From Eledone cirrhosa (Eukaryota), in contig OZ024743.1 of the NCBI GenBank assembly GCA_964016885.1, forward strand, positions 154,690,001 to 154,754,000: a stretch of DNA of 64,000 nt, written 5' to 3'. Positions 25,619 through 37,352 of this stretch are shown here, in pieces; the stretch's first letter is position 1, and each line of letters begins with the position of its first letter. The position numbers were made by a program, and so were the translations under genes. The notes beneath the pieces are model-generated. The model was not told the DNA's origin. It ran no database searches and saw only the letters and a program-made list of their open reading frames with translations.

Positions 25619-26242
25619 TTTATTATTGTCGTTATTGTTATTATTATGTTTTTTTTCATGCAATGGCCATACTCGATAACGAGGGGGCAGCCATCATGTA
25701 TGTATTTATTCATGTATGCATGTATATTTGTATATATAAATGTGTGTATATGTGAGCTTATGGTAGTTGTGCTTGCTGTCCAACGTCATGTTTGTTCAGA
25801 TGAGTGAAAATTATGATCAACAATATCTCACCCTAGGCAGCATTTTATTTTATGAGTACCTAGGAATATATTATCCAAAATGCATATCCTGTTTTAAAAA
25901 AATTGCCCCTCATTGATGCATATTTGACCGCTATGTGTGACTGTTTGAATGATCACTTTTATACTTCCTCCTTAGCCTGCAACTATTATAGCCAGTAGAA
26001 ATAAACTCAAGCATTTTCTGTGGCAAAACATTGTGATTTTTGTAGTGTATATATACAATATCTCCTTACAAACTAACTTGCATATTTTTTATCTAGTGAC
26101 TTTTAAAGAGACGTTTTCAATTCTGAACTGACATTTTGTTCTGGTATTATCTACGTTGTCTTTCATTTAATAAAGAAAATACTAAACGTGTGTGGCGTTT
26201 CTTCATGACGTGTACGGGAGCTCAGAGTACATATCATTCTAT

Positions 26243-26317
26243 CTATCGTCGATAAAATAAAGTACCAGAAATGCACTGGGTAATTGCTGGCCTTGTGCCT
26301 AAAGTAGAAACAATTAT
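26243..26317 (+). mobile_element. SINE 3' fragment
   Basis: GTCGATAAAATAAAGTACCAG...GGCCTTGTGCCTAAAGTAGAAACAATTAT. Confidence 0.8.
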
Positions 26318-29300
26318 ATATGTACATAACATAAATAGAAATGTTGAGTCTCAAGGTGTATATGATCTAGGTATACATACAGTGTTTCCTTTAAACATGG
26401 ACGTCAAACAATAAATAAAATACACAAAAAAAACGAAGTTCATCGGCGCAGAAAGAAGCTGTTGTTGTTAAGTCTAGACAAACTATTAAAATGTCACATC
26501 TAAAATAACCGAGAAAAGAGGAGTTATGTAAAGCAAATGGAAATTATAGAACTGGACTCCAAGGAATAGGTTTGTATGGAAATAGAATATAATGGATTTG
26601 ACATAAACAGTTGGTTGAATACATTCTTTGATATTTCATGTGCAAACAATATTTATCGACATATTTCACTAGAAAGACAAATTATTCCGTTTAGGTCAAG
26701 CATGTCAGTCTAGATCAGATAATGACAGATGGTAGGAAAAAAAGTGAAGCCAATGATAAACAGGAATACATTTATTGCTTAACTGAGTTTTTCAACTTCG
26801 TTTCATCTTTTATTTTATAGTGATGTTTCTTGTGGTGATGAAGTTTGTATGACCTATTATAAATGTTCATAATATTTGAACATCTCTGAATATCAAATAA
26901 TATTAGTGTTCATGTATCGGTTTTGATGCATCTAATCGATTCACCAGGAGATAAAGTTGGGATTTTAACAAAAGCATATTGGAATAAATGTCTCGCGCAT
27001 ATACGTGAGTTGCAATATTTTCGGGGGTGTATAAAACTGAATTATTTTAATTGATTTCTTTAGAAACACAGCATTAGTATCGTATCAGATTCTGATATAA
27101 TTTACCTCATTAACATATATGAAAATATATAACTGGACTAATCGAAGAAGGGTGGTTAAAATATTGTTACACTTTCATAAGTTTCCTTTTCCATCTAACT
27201 GCTTGGCATCTTGGCTGAGTGTCATTCATCAGAGCTTCAGAGTGTGAATGAAAGAGTGTAAATAGAAATCAGTTTGGAAGGCTTTGAGATGAACCATGTT
27301 TCTAATTCCAATGCTCAGTCTTGACTAACACTGGGTCACGCTGAATTTCCATTGCCTAAGGTTATACTTGTCTATGGAGTACTCAGGCGTGTAAACGGAA
27401 ATTTAATGATTACCTTGTTCAGTTTATCGACCACCTGGAATGCTCATCGTCGAAGCCAATGGATGTCCTTTCAGCAAAGTATATAGATTATTATTATACT
27501 ACAAAATTGTAATATAATCAGATCAGAGAATTTGGGAATAGCTATAATATGCATATACGTACTGCTGTCAGTTTTAGTTCATATGCTTTTATATCATTCT
27601 GCTTGGCATTAGTTTACTTTGATTAATTTAAATATCTTTTATTAGCTATAGATAGTTATCTTTCAAGAAAGTACATTGGTGTATCAATTGTTGAGGTGGT
27701 AGAATACACAATGCGATATTATGTAAAGTAAAACGCCTGTTATGCACCAAATTCTGTATAAAAGCCAGGACCCAACAAAAGTCCTTACATAACATATCTT
27801 GTGGGAAAGGTTTGGAAATCGAGCTTTGATAATTCTCATAAATGAGTTAAACACCTGCAGTGTACGTAGAATTATAAATCAAATACGCATATGTTTAAAT
27901 TGCCAAGATATAAGGAAATAAAATCCTTCCTTTTTTTAGCACCTATGTCATTGGCCATTGATTAAACGTACGATCACGTGTACTAGCAATAATCATGTCA
28001 TTTTTCTTAAACTTAATTTGTTTCGGTCTGTAATGTTCTTTTTTTAGATGCCAAAGTGTGATTTTAAAAGAGATTTAATACTATTCCGAGCAAATTAACC
28101 TACCTAGTAGAGGTTGTTCCCGTCAGCTTAACGATAGTGAGGATGATACTGATGACGATGAGGGGGATCTTGATTATGATGTTGATGAGTAGGATTATTT
28201 TCGTGTTCGTTTGAAATACAAATGCGCTTGAACGCAAATGGGTAACATATATATTGTGTTTTACTTTTTATCTCTCTAACACGAAAATAAAAACAACATT
28301 ATAATATTAAGATGGATGTAACTTATTTTCAAGGAGCTACGACTTGGGCTGTTATAAATAGCAGAAGCTATAACCTAAGCTGTTAAAAAAATGTATTGTC
28401 TGAAAATAAAACACGTCATCTTCACTTCTAGAATGTCTACTGTCTTCGTTATACATGATCATGAATTACTTTGAGTTGAACTAAAACAAGAACAACAACA
28501 ATAGCCACAACACCAATAACACCAAACAGATATAAGTAACGCATTTTTCACGTTATAAAAATCATATATTACGTTTTCCTCTCTTCAAAGCAAGAACACT
28601 TATTGTCTACTCAATTATAAGGCAGGTAATATAAATAAATCCCAGTCAAAAATAAAAAATAAAACATAATTATTAATATCACAAACTTCCCCGGAGACTT
28701 TAGAGCAATTGCTGCTCGGTAGAATTTGATTTTACCTACAACTAGTACTTATTCAGACATACAGAGTAATATCTGATTGTAAGTCTGCTTTTCCCGTATG
28801 ACAAACTGCAACTGAAGTTAATAGAACAAATTAAAGTTATACGCAACAGTAATTAGATTCCGCTCTTTAAGAGAAGGTTTATTATTGTTTGTTTACCTGT
28901 TTCATAAATAAGTATTTGACAAATAGTATCAATAAAATTGATACATGTCAAATGTTGTTGACTTTTTGCATATATTGGAATTCATTGTTATTAGTTGTCT
29001 TGCTTCCCATGGTGGGAATTCTGTAGCAAAGCTCACTCACTAGAACATTGAAGAGACACTAGAAATTGTGGTGGGAAACTACAACTTCATTTTTGTAAAT
29101 TCAAAAAGAATACAACAAGAAATAAGTGCACATATTTAAACATCATTTTAAAATCAATGACATCATGATATGCCTATTACAAATGTATAAGAGTGTTTGT
29201 GCTCGTATGAAGGTATATTATTATTCCTATAAATATGCAATTTAAATACACTTTAAAATGCGGTAATACCCACTTTATATATGAATGTTTTGATATTATG

Positions 29301-29351
29301 CAGAAAAAATCCCTCCAGCATTTCCTATTATATTTTTTTCCTTTTTACTAT

Positions 29352-29392
<41 letters not shown>

Positions 29393-29850
29393 AAAAAATG
29401 GGGAGAAGAATACTGCAGGTTGCACATGGATAACATGTAATAAAATAAGTCCCTCATCAGTGATTTGCCGACGATCATAGATATTTCATTGCATTAAAAA
29501 TCATATACCTCACGTCGGTGCAATAATAACTAAATTAAGTTATTAGGACAATTAAAACGCGTAAAGCGAGTGAGACAAGATAACAACAAAGAGGAGAGCT
29601 AACCGTAGAAGGAAGGGAACAAGCTTCATAGTTATTCTGTTAGCATAAGCTAGGTGAATATGTATGTGTACATATATGTGTACAGACGTACAGTAGTATG
29701 CATATATATACATACATTCACACATATATATATGTACGTATGGGTTTACCGAACATTTGTCATAATGCTCGGTTTGTAAACAAACAGCCCGAATTATGCC
29801 GTACAGCGTTCGGCAACCATCGTCGTCATTTTTTCAACACTGACACAGGA

Positions 29851-29893
29851 ACGATGTACTAGTTTCAAGCTTATTAGCTATCGTCAGTATCGT
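29851..29893 (-). ncRNA. Minimal type I hammerhead ribozyme motif
   Basis: ACGATA-CTGACGA-TAGCT AATA AGCTT-GAAA-CTAG-TA-CATCGT: intact core, palindromic ACTAGT, one stem I mismatch. Confidence 0.78.
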
Positions 29894-30285
29894 ATAGCTT
29901 CCTGTCAGATGATTGAACTTTTGAAAGTATATACTTTCCTTATGCATATTAACGACTGAGAAGCCTATTTAACATATCGAGTGAGTTAGTCGGCCGGGCG
30001 TACCGAACACTATAAATGGAAAAGAATGAAACGAAATTTCATTTCTCACTCTTAGTACGGCTGATATCTAAATATAAGTATGTATGCGTACATACATATA
30101 TGTGTACAGACGTACAGTAGTATGTATATATATATATACATACATGCACACACATATATATATGTACGTATTGGTTTACCGAACATATATTATAATGTTC
30201 GGTTTGTTTGTAAACAAACAGGCCGAATTACGTCATACAGTGTTCGGCAACCATCGTTGCCTTTTTGTTCAACACAGACACAGGA

Positions 30286-30328
30286 GCGATGTACTAGTTT
30301 TAAGCTTATTAGCTATCGTCAGCATCAT
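30286..30328 (-). ncRNA. Minimal hammerhead, second tandem copy
   Basis: ATGATG-CTGACGA-TAGCTAATAAGCTT-AAAA-CTAG-TA-CATCGC, with GAAA mutated to AAAA. Confidence 0.65.
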
Positions 30329-30506
30329 ATACCTTCCTGTCAGATGATTGAACGTTTGCATATTAACGGCCGAGCAGCCTAATTTGCATATCGAGTCAGT
30401 TACTAGGCCGGGCATACCGAAAACGATAAATAGAAAAGAATGAAACGAAATTTCATCTCACTCTTAGTACTTTTACATATATACATATATAAATATATAT
30501 ATATAT

Positions 30507-30761
30507 TGTTATACTTGGGGAAGGTCATATTTGTGTAATATTGCCAGAATTAATAACAGAACACACTCACTGTTTGGTTGGATTTCGCTTCTCGCTTCTG
30601 TGTCTTTTATATCGGTAATCTAACTTACTCGGCCATCAAAACCAAGCAAACAGTGAGTGTGTTCTGTTATTAATTCTGGCAATATTACACAAATATGACC
30701 CTCCCTAAGTATAACACTAAATGTTTCCACACGCGATTTCATATAAAAAACCTGGCAAAAC
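30507..30761. repeat. Foldback element: ~70-bp near-perfect inverted repeats plus ~45-nt tail on one arm
   Basis: 30507-30576 versus 30647-30716. A related single-orientation copy lies at about 54290-54465. Confidence 0.85.

Positions 30762-30845
<84 letters not shown>
30762..30845. repeat. (TA)n microsatellite
   Basis: Direct reading. Confidence 0.95.
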
Positions 30846-30848
<3 letters not shown>

Positions 30849-33736
30849 AACGAGTAGGACCCCGACGGCTGAGCTCAAGCCATATCGACGGCTAATTCTG
30901 GACTAAATGAACATTTTTATCCTGGTATTTGAATAGCCGAGCTTCTTAAGGGGTCATTCCATATATGGTAAAAGTGATTGTCACGAGGATTGGTCAAAAG
31001 TTTGTTGTTGAGACATAATAATTCTATGATGGCAATTTGTGGAGGGAAGGGGTAACTGAACCTGCCAGTAGGAGAAATAGGGAGAGGGGGTGGAGGAGAC
31101 CCAGTCATGCGTTGATAGTGCCGACTACAGCTGGGCATGAGGTCAAAGAAAATACTAGGGAGGGGGAGGGGGAGGAAGTCGAAACAATTAGTAAAACAAT
31201 TTAGAAAAATACCGAGAGTGTTAAAAAGCAATTAAATGTAAAAAAAAAAAATAATAAACAATTTCTTGTTACTACGACCTAAGTCTCTCACTGGTACTGC
31301 TAGGCTAAAGAAAGGTTTACTGGGTGGGACGGAATTATAATGAGACCCTTTTAAGAGGTATAAGTAATAAATCGAGTATCTCTTACGGTGACGGGTCAAC
31401 ATGTGAGGGGCCAAAATACTAAAGAAACTACCACGAAATAATAAATAAAGGTTTCTACCCCAGGCACAAGGCCAGCAACCACCCAGCGCAAAAAGTAAAC
31501 TAATACGAAATAATAATTCAGAATCGCGAAAACGAATACTAATACTATCTCTAAGGGTGCCGCCACAATACAAAAGTTCTAGTGCAAACTACATAAATGC
31601 TCGTACGAAGTAAAATTTGATACGGAAAATTAATTCAAAAAAAAAAAAATAAATAAATACTGATAGACGAGAAATTAATGCAAAGATACCACTAAGCAAT
31701 ATAGAAAGCACGGAAAAGGGGCAGCGGTCGGGTAAGAAGGCAAGTATCCGGTGTCTAACACATCTGCTATAAAAGCGGAGTCGGCCAAATCTATCATAGA
31801 ATAGGGGAAGGGGTGGGGGTACTGAAGCTACAAAGGACCGAGAGGCTGCCTCGGGCGAGAAAATGAAAAGGACGACGACAAAGAAAGAGGACTGGGGTGG
31901 AAGGACTAGGGAGGGATGGGGGAAGAAGGAAATATAGAGGAAGCGATACAAAGATATAAAAGAAGATTCTTACGTCTACCTTAAAAAGCAGGGGTTACCC
32001 ATTACAAAATCGGCAATTGGGGTGTTATAGCCCTAGTCTAAGGGATCATTATGGGGTTTGAGGGCGAGGTAAGTCCTACGCAATCTGTGTTTACATGCAG
32101 TAACCAGTTTATCTTTCTTGTTTAGGAGTTGGTCCGTCGAAAACAGCATTTGTAAAGTTTCCTCCGAGCATAAATTGCACGGACGGCGTCCTCCCGTGTA
32201 ATATTTGGCTCTGGACACTAAGCTCCAAGGGAGATCATCCTTGAGGTCCCATATGTGGCCCGAGAGTGTAGTGGCGTGACGCCGGGCCGGGTTTCGGAAG
32301 GTATGTCTGTGTTGGTATAGCCGGTCTTGAAGTCACATGCGGTTAATCCTATTTAAGCTTTGTTGGAGGTGTCCGTCCTCACGTTGCACTGGTAGATCAC
32401 ATTACGATCTCTGCATCTGTTGTCGAGGGGGCAAATGGATCCACCAGGACAGTTACACCTCCTGGTCGGCTCTCCACTGCTATTTAGGTTATTTCTTCCA
32501 TAGGGGTTGAGTTTTTATATCTTTTATCGCTTCCTCTAAATTTCCTTCTTCCCACCATCCCTCCCTAGTCCTTCCACCCCAGTCCTCTTTCTTTGTCGTC
32601 GTCCTTTTCATTTTCTTGCCCACCCTAGGCAGCCCCTCGGTCCCATGTAGCTTCAGTACCCCCACCCCTCCCCCTATTCTATGATAGATTTGGCCGACTC
32701 CTCTTTTTATAGCAGATGTGTTAGACCCCGGATACTTGCCTTCTTATCCGACCGCTGCCCCTTTTTCGTTCTTTCCATATTGCTTAGTGGTATATATTGC
32801 TTTAATTTCTCGTCTATCAGTATTTATTTTTTTGAGGGGGGGGGGGGTATCCTGAATTAATTTTCCATATCAAATTTTACTTCGTACGAGCATTTATGTA
32901 GTTTGCACTAGAACTTTTGTATCTTGGCGGCGCCCTTAGAGATAGTATTAGTATTCTTTTTCGAGATTCTGAATTATTATTTCGTCTTAGTTTACTTTTT
33001 GCACTAGGTGGTTGCTGGCCTTGTGCCTGGGGTAGAAACCTTTATTTATTATTTCGTGGTAGTTTCTTTAGTATTTCGGCCCCTCACTTGCTCACCCGTC
33101 ACCGTAAGAGATACTCGGCTTATTACTTATACCTCTTAAAAGGGTCTGATTATAATTCCGTCCCACCTAGTAAACCTTTCTTTAGCCTAGCAGTACCAGT
33201 GAGAGACTTAGGTGTAGTAACCAGAAATTGTTTATTTTTTTTTTTTTTACATGTCATTGCTTTTTAACACTCTCGGTATTTTTCTATATATTTACCCTAT
33301 ATTGTTTTACTAATTGTTTTGACTTCCTCCCCCTCCCCCTCCCTAGTATTTTCAGTGACCTCATGCCCAGCTGTAGTCGGCAATATCAACGCATTACTGG
33401 GTCTCCTCCACCTCCTCTCCCTCTTTCTCCTACTGGCAGGTTCAACTACCCCTTCCCTCCACAAATTGCCATCATATAATTATTATGTCTCAACAACAAA
33501 CGTTTGACCAATCCTCGTGACAATCACTTTTACCATATATGGAATGACGCCTTGAGAAGCTCGGCTATTCAAGTACCAGGATAAAAATGTTCATTTAGTC
33601 CAGAATTAGCCGTCGAAATGGCTTGAGCTCAGCCGTCATGTTCCTACTCGTTCCTATTACCCACTCTACTACCCTAAGTATTGAGTACTTTGGTGCGTTA
33701 TGGTCCACTTGGTTCCTTACCACATTTCCTCCGTTA
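30846..33736 (-). mobile_element. 5'-truncated Penelope-like element with ~1.1-kb inverted pseudo-LTRs
   Basis: Minus-strand GIY-YIG remnant at about 32033-32465 (CNCPGGSICPLDNRC..VIYQC..IGLT..TLSGHIWDLKD..CNLCSEE). 30846-31960 is an inverted copy of 32515-33656. Flanked by (TA)n. Confidence 0.9.
33546..33643 (+). ncRNA. Hammerhead motif with U3:A8 core in the PLE pseudo-LTR (mirror copy 30858-30955, minus)
   Basis: Consensus across the copies at 140-256, 30858-30955 and 33546-33643: GACCCC-TTGAGAA-G..CGGCTATTC..GAATTAGCCG.C-GAAA-CGGC TTGAGCTCA GCCG-TC-GGGGTC. Each individual copy has defects or is partial. Confidence 0.6.
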
Positions 33737-33779
33737 TATATATATATATATATATATATTTATAGTTTTAATATAGTTG

Positions 33780-33830
33780 AGATTCTACAGGACTAGAACT
33801 GTTTCATTCTTTAGAAATCATCAGGAATCT
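33780..33830 (-). ncRNA. Type I hammerhead ribozyme motif with canonical core
   Basis: AGATTC-CTGATGA-TTTCTAAAGAAT-GAAA-CAG TTCTAGTC CTG-TA-GAATCT: perfect 6-bp stem I and 4-bp stem III. Confidence 0.85.
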
Positions 33831-34049
33831 GGGTATCAAAAAATAAGTATGGTATTTATAGCTCTCTTCAGGTGGTATGAGAGGGTAGGGAGTAGGATGG
33901 GAGTAGGTCATTGGTTGATAGAAAAGGGAATTCATTAAAAGCTAATTCTTCAAAGCTATAGTTTTTTTAGAGTAACAAAGGCAGAAAGAATTCTATAAAC
34001 AAGTTCATGAGGGGGTGCCTCTCCTTATTTTTAAGTTTCTCTTAAGCTA

Positions 34050-34087
34050 CATGTGCACATGTATGTATGTGTGGGTGTGTATGTATG

Positions 34088-34125
<38 letters not shown>

Positions 34126-34282
34126 TATATGTATATGTGTATATATATATATATATATGTGTGTGTATGTATGTGTATATATGCGTATATATATATATAT
34201 ATATATGTGTGTATATGTATATATATGTATATATATATGTATATATGCGTATGTATATATATATATATATATATATGTATAT

Positions 34283-34326
<44 letters not shown>

Positions 34327-34424
34327 AATATATATATATATATGTATATATGTATGTGTGTGTATATATATATGTATGTGTGTATGTGTGTATATGTGTA
34401 TATGTAGGTGTAAGTATGTGTGTA

Positions 34425-34469
<45 letters not shown>

Positions 34470-34506
34470 GTATATGTGTATGTGTGTATGTATATATGTG
34501 TATATT

Positions 34507-34537
<31 letters not shown>

Positions 34538-34542
34538 GTGTG

Positions 34543-34610
<68 letters not shown>
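34050..34610. repeat. Compound (TA)n/(TG)n microsatellite
   Basis: Direct reading. Confidence 0.95.
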
Positions 34611-34611
<1 letters not shown>

Positions 34612-35395
34612 CAATATATTTAGAAACACACAGATACATGCGGACACACACATATACACTAATGCATCCACACCCAACCGTGAGTTAAGGGGGCCAACTT
34701 CACCGATGTTGCTCAATGAATGACTGGGACAGACCAATCCGGTTGAACTAGACTGAACCAGTATCAGTTAAAAATACATTATGAAGAGAGAAGAAACATT
34801 TAGATATAATTAGTAATAAAATGTATCATACCTAAACTGCTCCTAGATTCCTCGACTACGTAGTTTCGTGGCATAAACAAAAACAATACATCATAAAGAT
34901 ATAGAGTCCTAGCGAGGTCTGCCGACTTATCAAGAGGATACCTCATTTTACTAGTCTCAAGAACGCGTCTACACGACGTGAGAAAGAATCCCAAAAGGCG
35001 GAGGGGGAGATAGTCACGCGATATAACGGTCGAGAAACAGAGCTAATCCTCTTATAACCCCGAAGAAAATACCTCGGAGGCGGAGGGGGTATTTATATCG
35101 AAGCCGTAGAAGAGGTGGTGAGGGAGGCGAGAAGAATGAGCAATGGAAGCTTTCCAGCAGTCCCCACACTTCAAAGATTGCTCGACCAGAGGGAGTTATT
35201 AACAATATATTTAGAAACACACAGATACATGCGGACACACACATATACATGAATGCATCCGCACCCAACCGTGAGTTAAGGGTGCCAACTTCACCGATGT
35301 TGCTCAATGAATGACTGGGACAGACCAATCCGGTTGAACTAGACTGAACCAGTATCAGAGTTAAAAATACATTATGAAGAGAGAAGAAACATTTA
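34610..35395 (-). mobile_element. ~590-bp unit plus ~190-bp partial tandem copy, with internal hammerhead
   Basis: Direct repeats 34610-34802 and 35201-35395, flanked by (TA)n, no credible ORF. Confidence 0.8.
34849..34938 (-). ncRNA. Type I hammerhead motif with U3:A8 core
   Basis: TCCTC-TTGATAA-GTCGGC..long loop..GCCAC-GAAA-CT ACGT AG-TC-GAGGA, with palindromic ACTACGTAGT. Confidence 0.7.
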
Positions 35396-35475
35396 TATAT
35401 ATATATATATATGTATATATATGTATATATGTATATATGTATATATGTATGCATGTATATGTGTGTATATATATA

Positions 35476-35508
<33 letters not shown>

Positions 35509-35514
35509 GTATAT

Positions 35515-35560
<46 letters not shown>

Positions 35561-36135
35561 GTGGGTGTATGTGGGTGCGCGCGAGTGTGTGAGTGTGGAT
35601 GTTTGCGAATGTGTCTGTTGATTTTTGGCATATAGTTGAATAGTTTAAGAGACATTTGAAGATAATCGTATGATATGCACTGAATATTTTGAATTGGTCT
35701 ACAAAATTCTCTAGGCCTCTGTAACTTAGTAGAACTTTAAAGAATTTAGCTTAAAGAATAAATGGACGGAATTGATTCCACATCATTTATTCTCATCTCG
35801 GGAACAATTTTGAATAGCCCCAGTTCGTAATTTGAACTCGTGAATTTTATATTCTCCAAGTGAAAAGATCTTTCTGACGAAAATTTATCTTTGCAATGGA
35901 TGGCCGTAAGGACTGTCCATCTATTTTTGAGACTCGAAACCGATTCGGTAAAGGTAAACATGGTGAGTACAGTTAATTTTTTAAAATTTATTTTGAAGCT
36001 TTTTCTTACTTGCTAAACCTTGATTATATATGTTCTGGCCCGTTAATTTATTAACCTGCCATTGAACCACATTGGCATATGGTTAGACAATACATGTGTC
36101 CCTGGACGCCTTGCGTGTAGGGATATATACTTTAT

Positions 36136-36170
<35 letters not shown>

Positions 36171-37292
36171 GGCATAACAAGTTATCGTTTTAGGTAATCC
36201 AGTTAGATATTGTGAGTACTCTGTACTATGGAAAGTTATAACGTACGGCGTTGTTTTGAACACATTGATTGATACATATATGGTCCAGTTGTGATAGGTG
36301 TCGGAATAATAGTGATAGATACTAGTTTTAAATTTAATCGGGTTTAATTAATCTATTGTTTTCACCTAAAGTATATGTCGGATAAATATTCAAACTATGT
36401 GTGTATAATTATAACCTAATATATCTTCGTTACGCCTCAGTAATAGAATTATACATAACTCTCTTAATTAATTATCTGAGTAAAATTTATACTTTCTAAT
36501 TCAACTGCATAAAATAATCCTAAGACATTTACCTCTATAATTACTTTGAATCTTACATATCGGTAACATATTTTTCATCATTGATAATATGGTCACTTTT
36601 AATAACCTGGATATGTAATAACTACACTTTTTAAATTAAATATATTTAGACAATATAATCTTTTGGGATATCATAATTTTTTTTAATATACACTTGAAAA
36701 AAAAGATGATATAATTTACGGCATTTTAACGGAAGTGAAACCTATAATAGTCAGTTAACACTTGCTTTTTCTCCTAAATTAATAATAAACTTATTATGAA
36801 TATTGACTCAGTGTATAATTTTGCACAGCAAATTATACAATTTATGCAATTTTTACGTATTTCAAACGTTTTTGAATTACGTTAAGTTATCGCTTATTTA
36901 ACAAATTTAATTAGTGGTTAATATATAAACTAATAAGCGTCTAACCCGTACGCATTTAACATTCATTTATGGTACTTACTTCTATTTTTATCTGCGAATC
37001 TCAAAACCTCTATCATATAATATATAATATATTCTAAGTATGGCAATTATTTTTTCTAAAACATATTTCCCTTAATTTCATATTGAAAAACTGCATCTCA
37101 TGAATCGCATAAATCACCATTCCCCTATTCTGACAACGCACTAAAATAAATACGTATACATTGTACTCTTGATAATGCTCTTCGCTTTCTATACTGTTAA
37201 AGCACACGTGTAGTATTATATTCATCTTCTACTGATGTAAATCTTTAGCATTTCAGTAAATTACTTTGTAACATTTTCTGCATATATATGTA

Positions 37293-37352
<60 letters not shown>

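Larger units (their letters stand above)
29660..30470 (-). mobile_element. Head-to-tail dimer of a ~420-435-bp non-coding unit, each with a hammerhead (retrozyme-like)
   Basis: 29660-30077 and 30078-30470 are direct repeats. The hammerheads lie 435 bp apart. Confidence 0.85.

Noticed and set aside
27150-27470. Possible second, older SINE family remnant
   Set aside because: Single degraded copy in the window and resemblance from memory only.
28040-28192. Acidic peptide NDSEDDTDDDEGDLDYDVDE as exon or transposase start
   Set aside because: Low-complexity GAT repeat with no continuous ORF.
34015-34737. Long [12 protein letters not shown] ORFs here and near 4756, 35374, 51595, 55817 and 63156
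   Set aside because: Artefacts of stop-free microsatellite frames.
35746-35961. ORF faintly resembling a THAP-domain tail (IHCKDKF...IPSIY)
   Set aside because: Key C2CH residues are absent and there is no supporting context.
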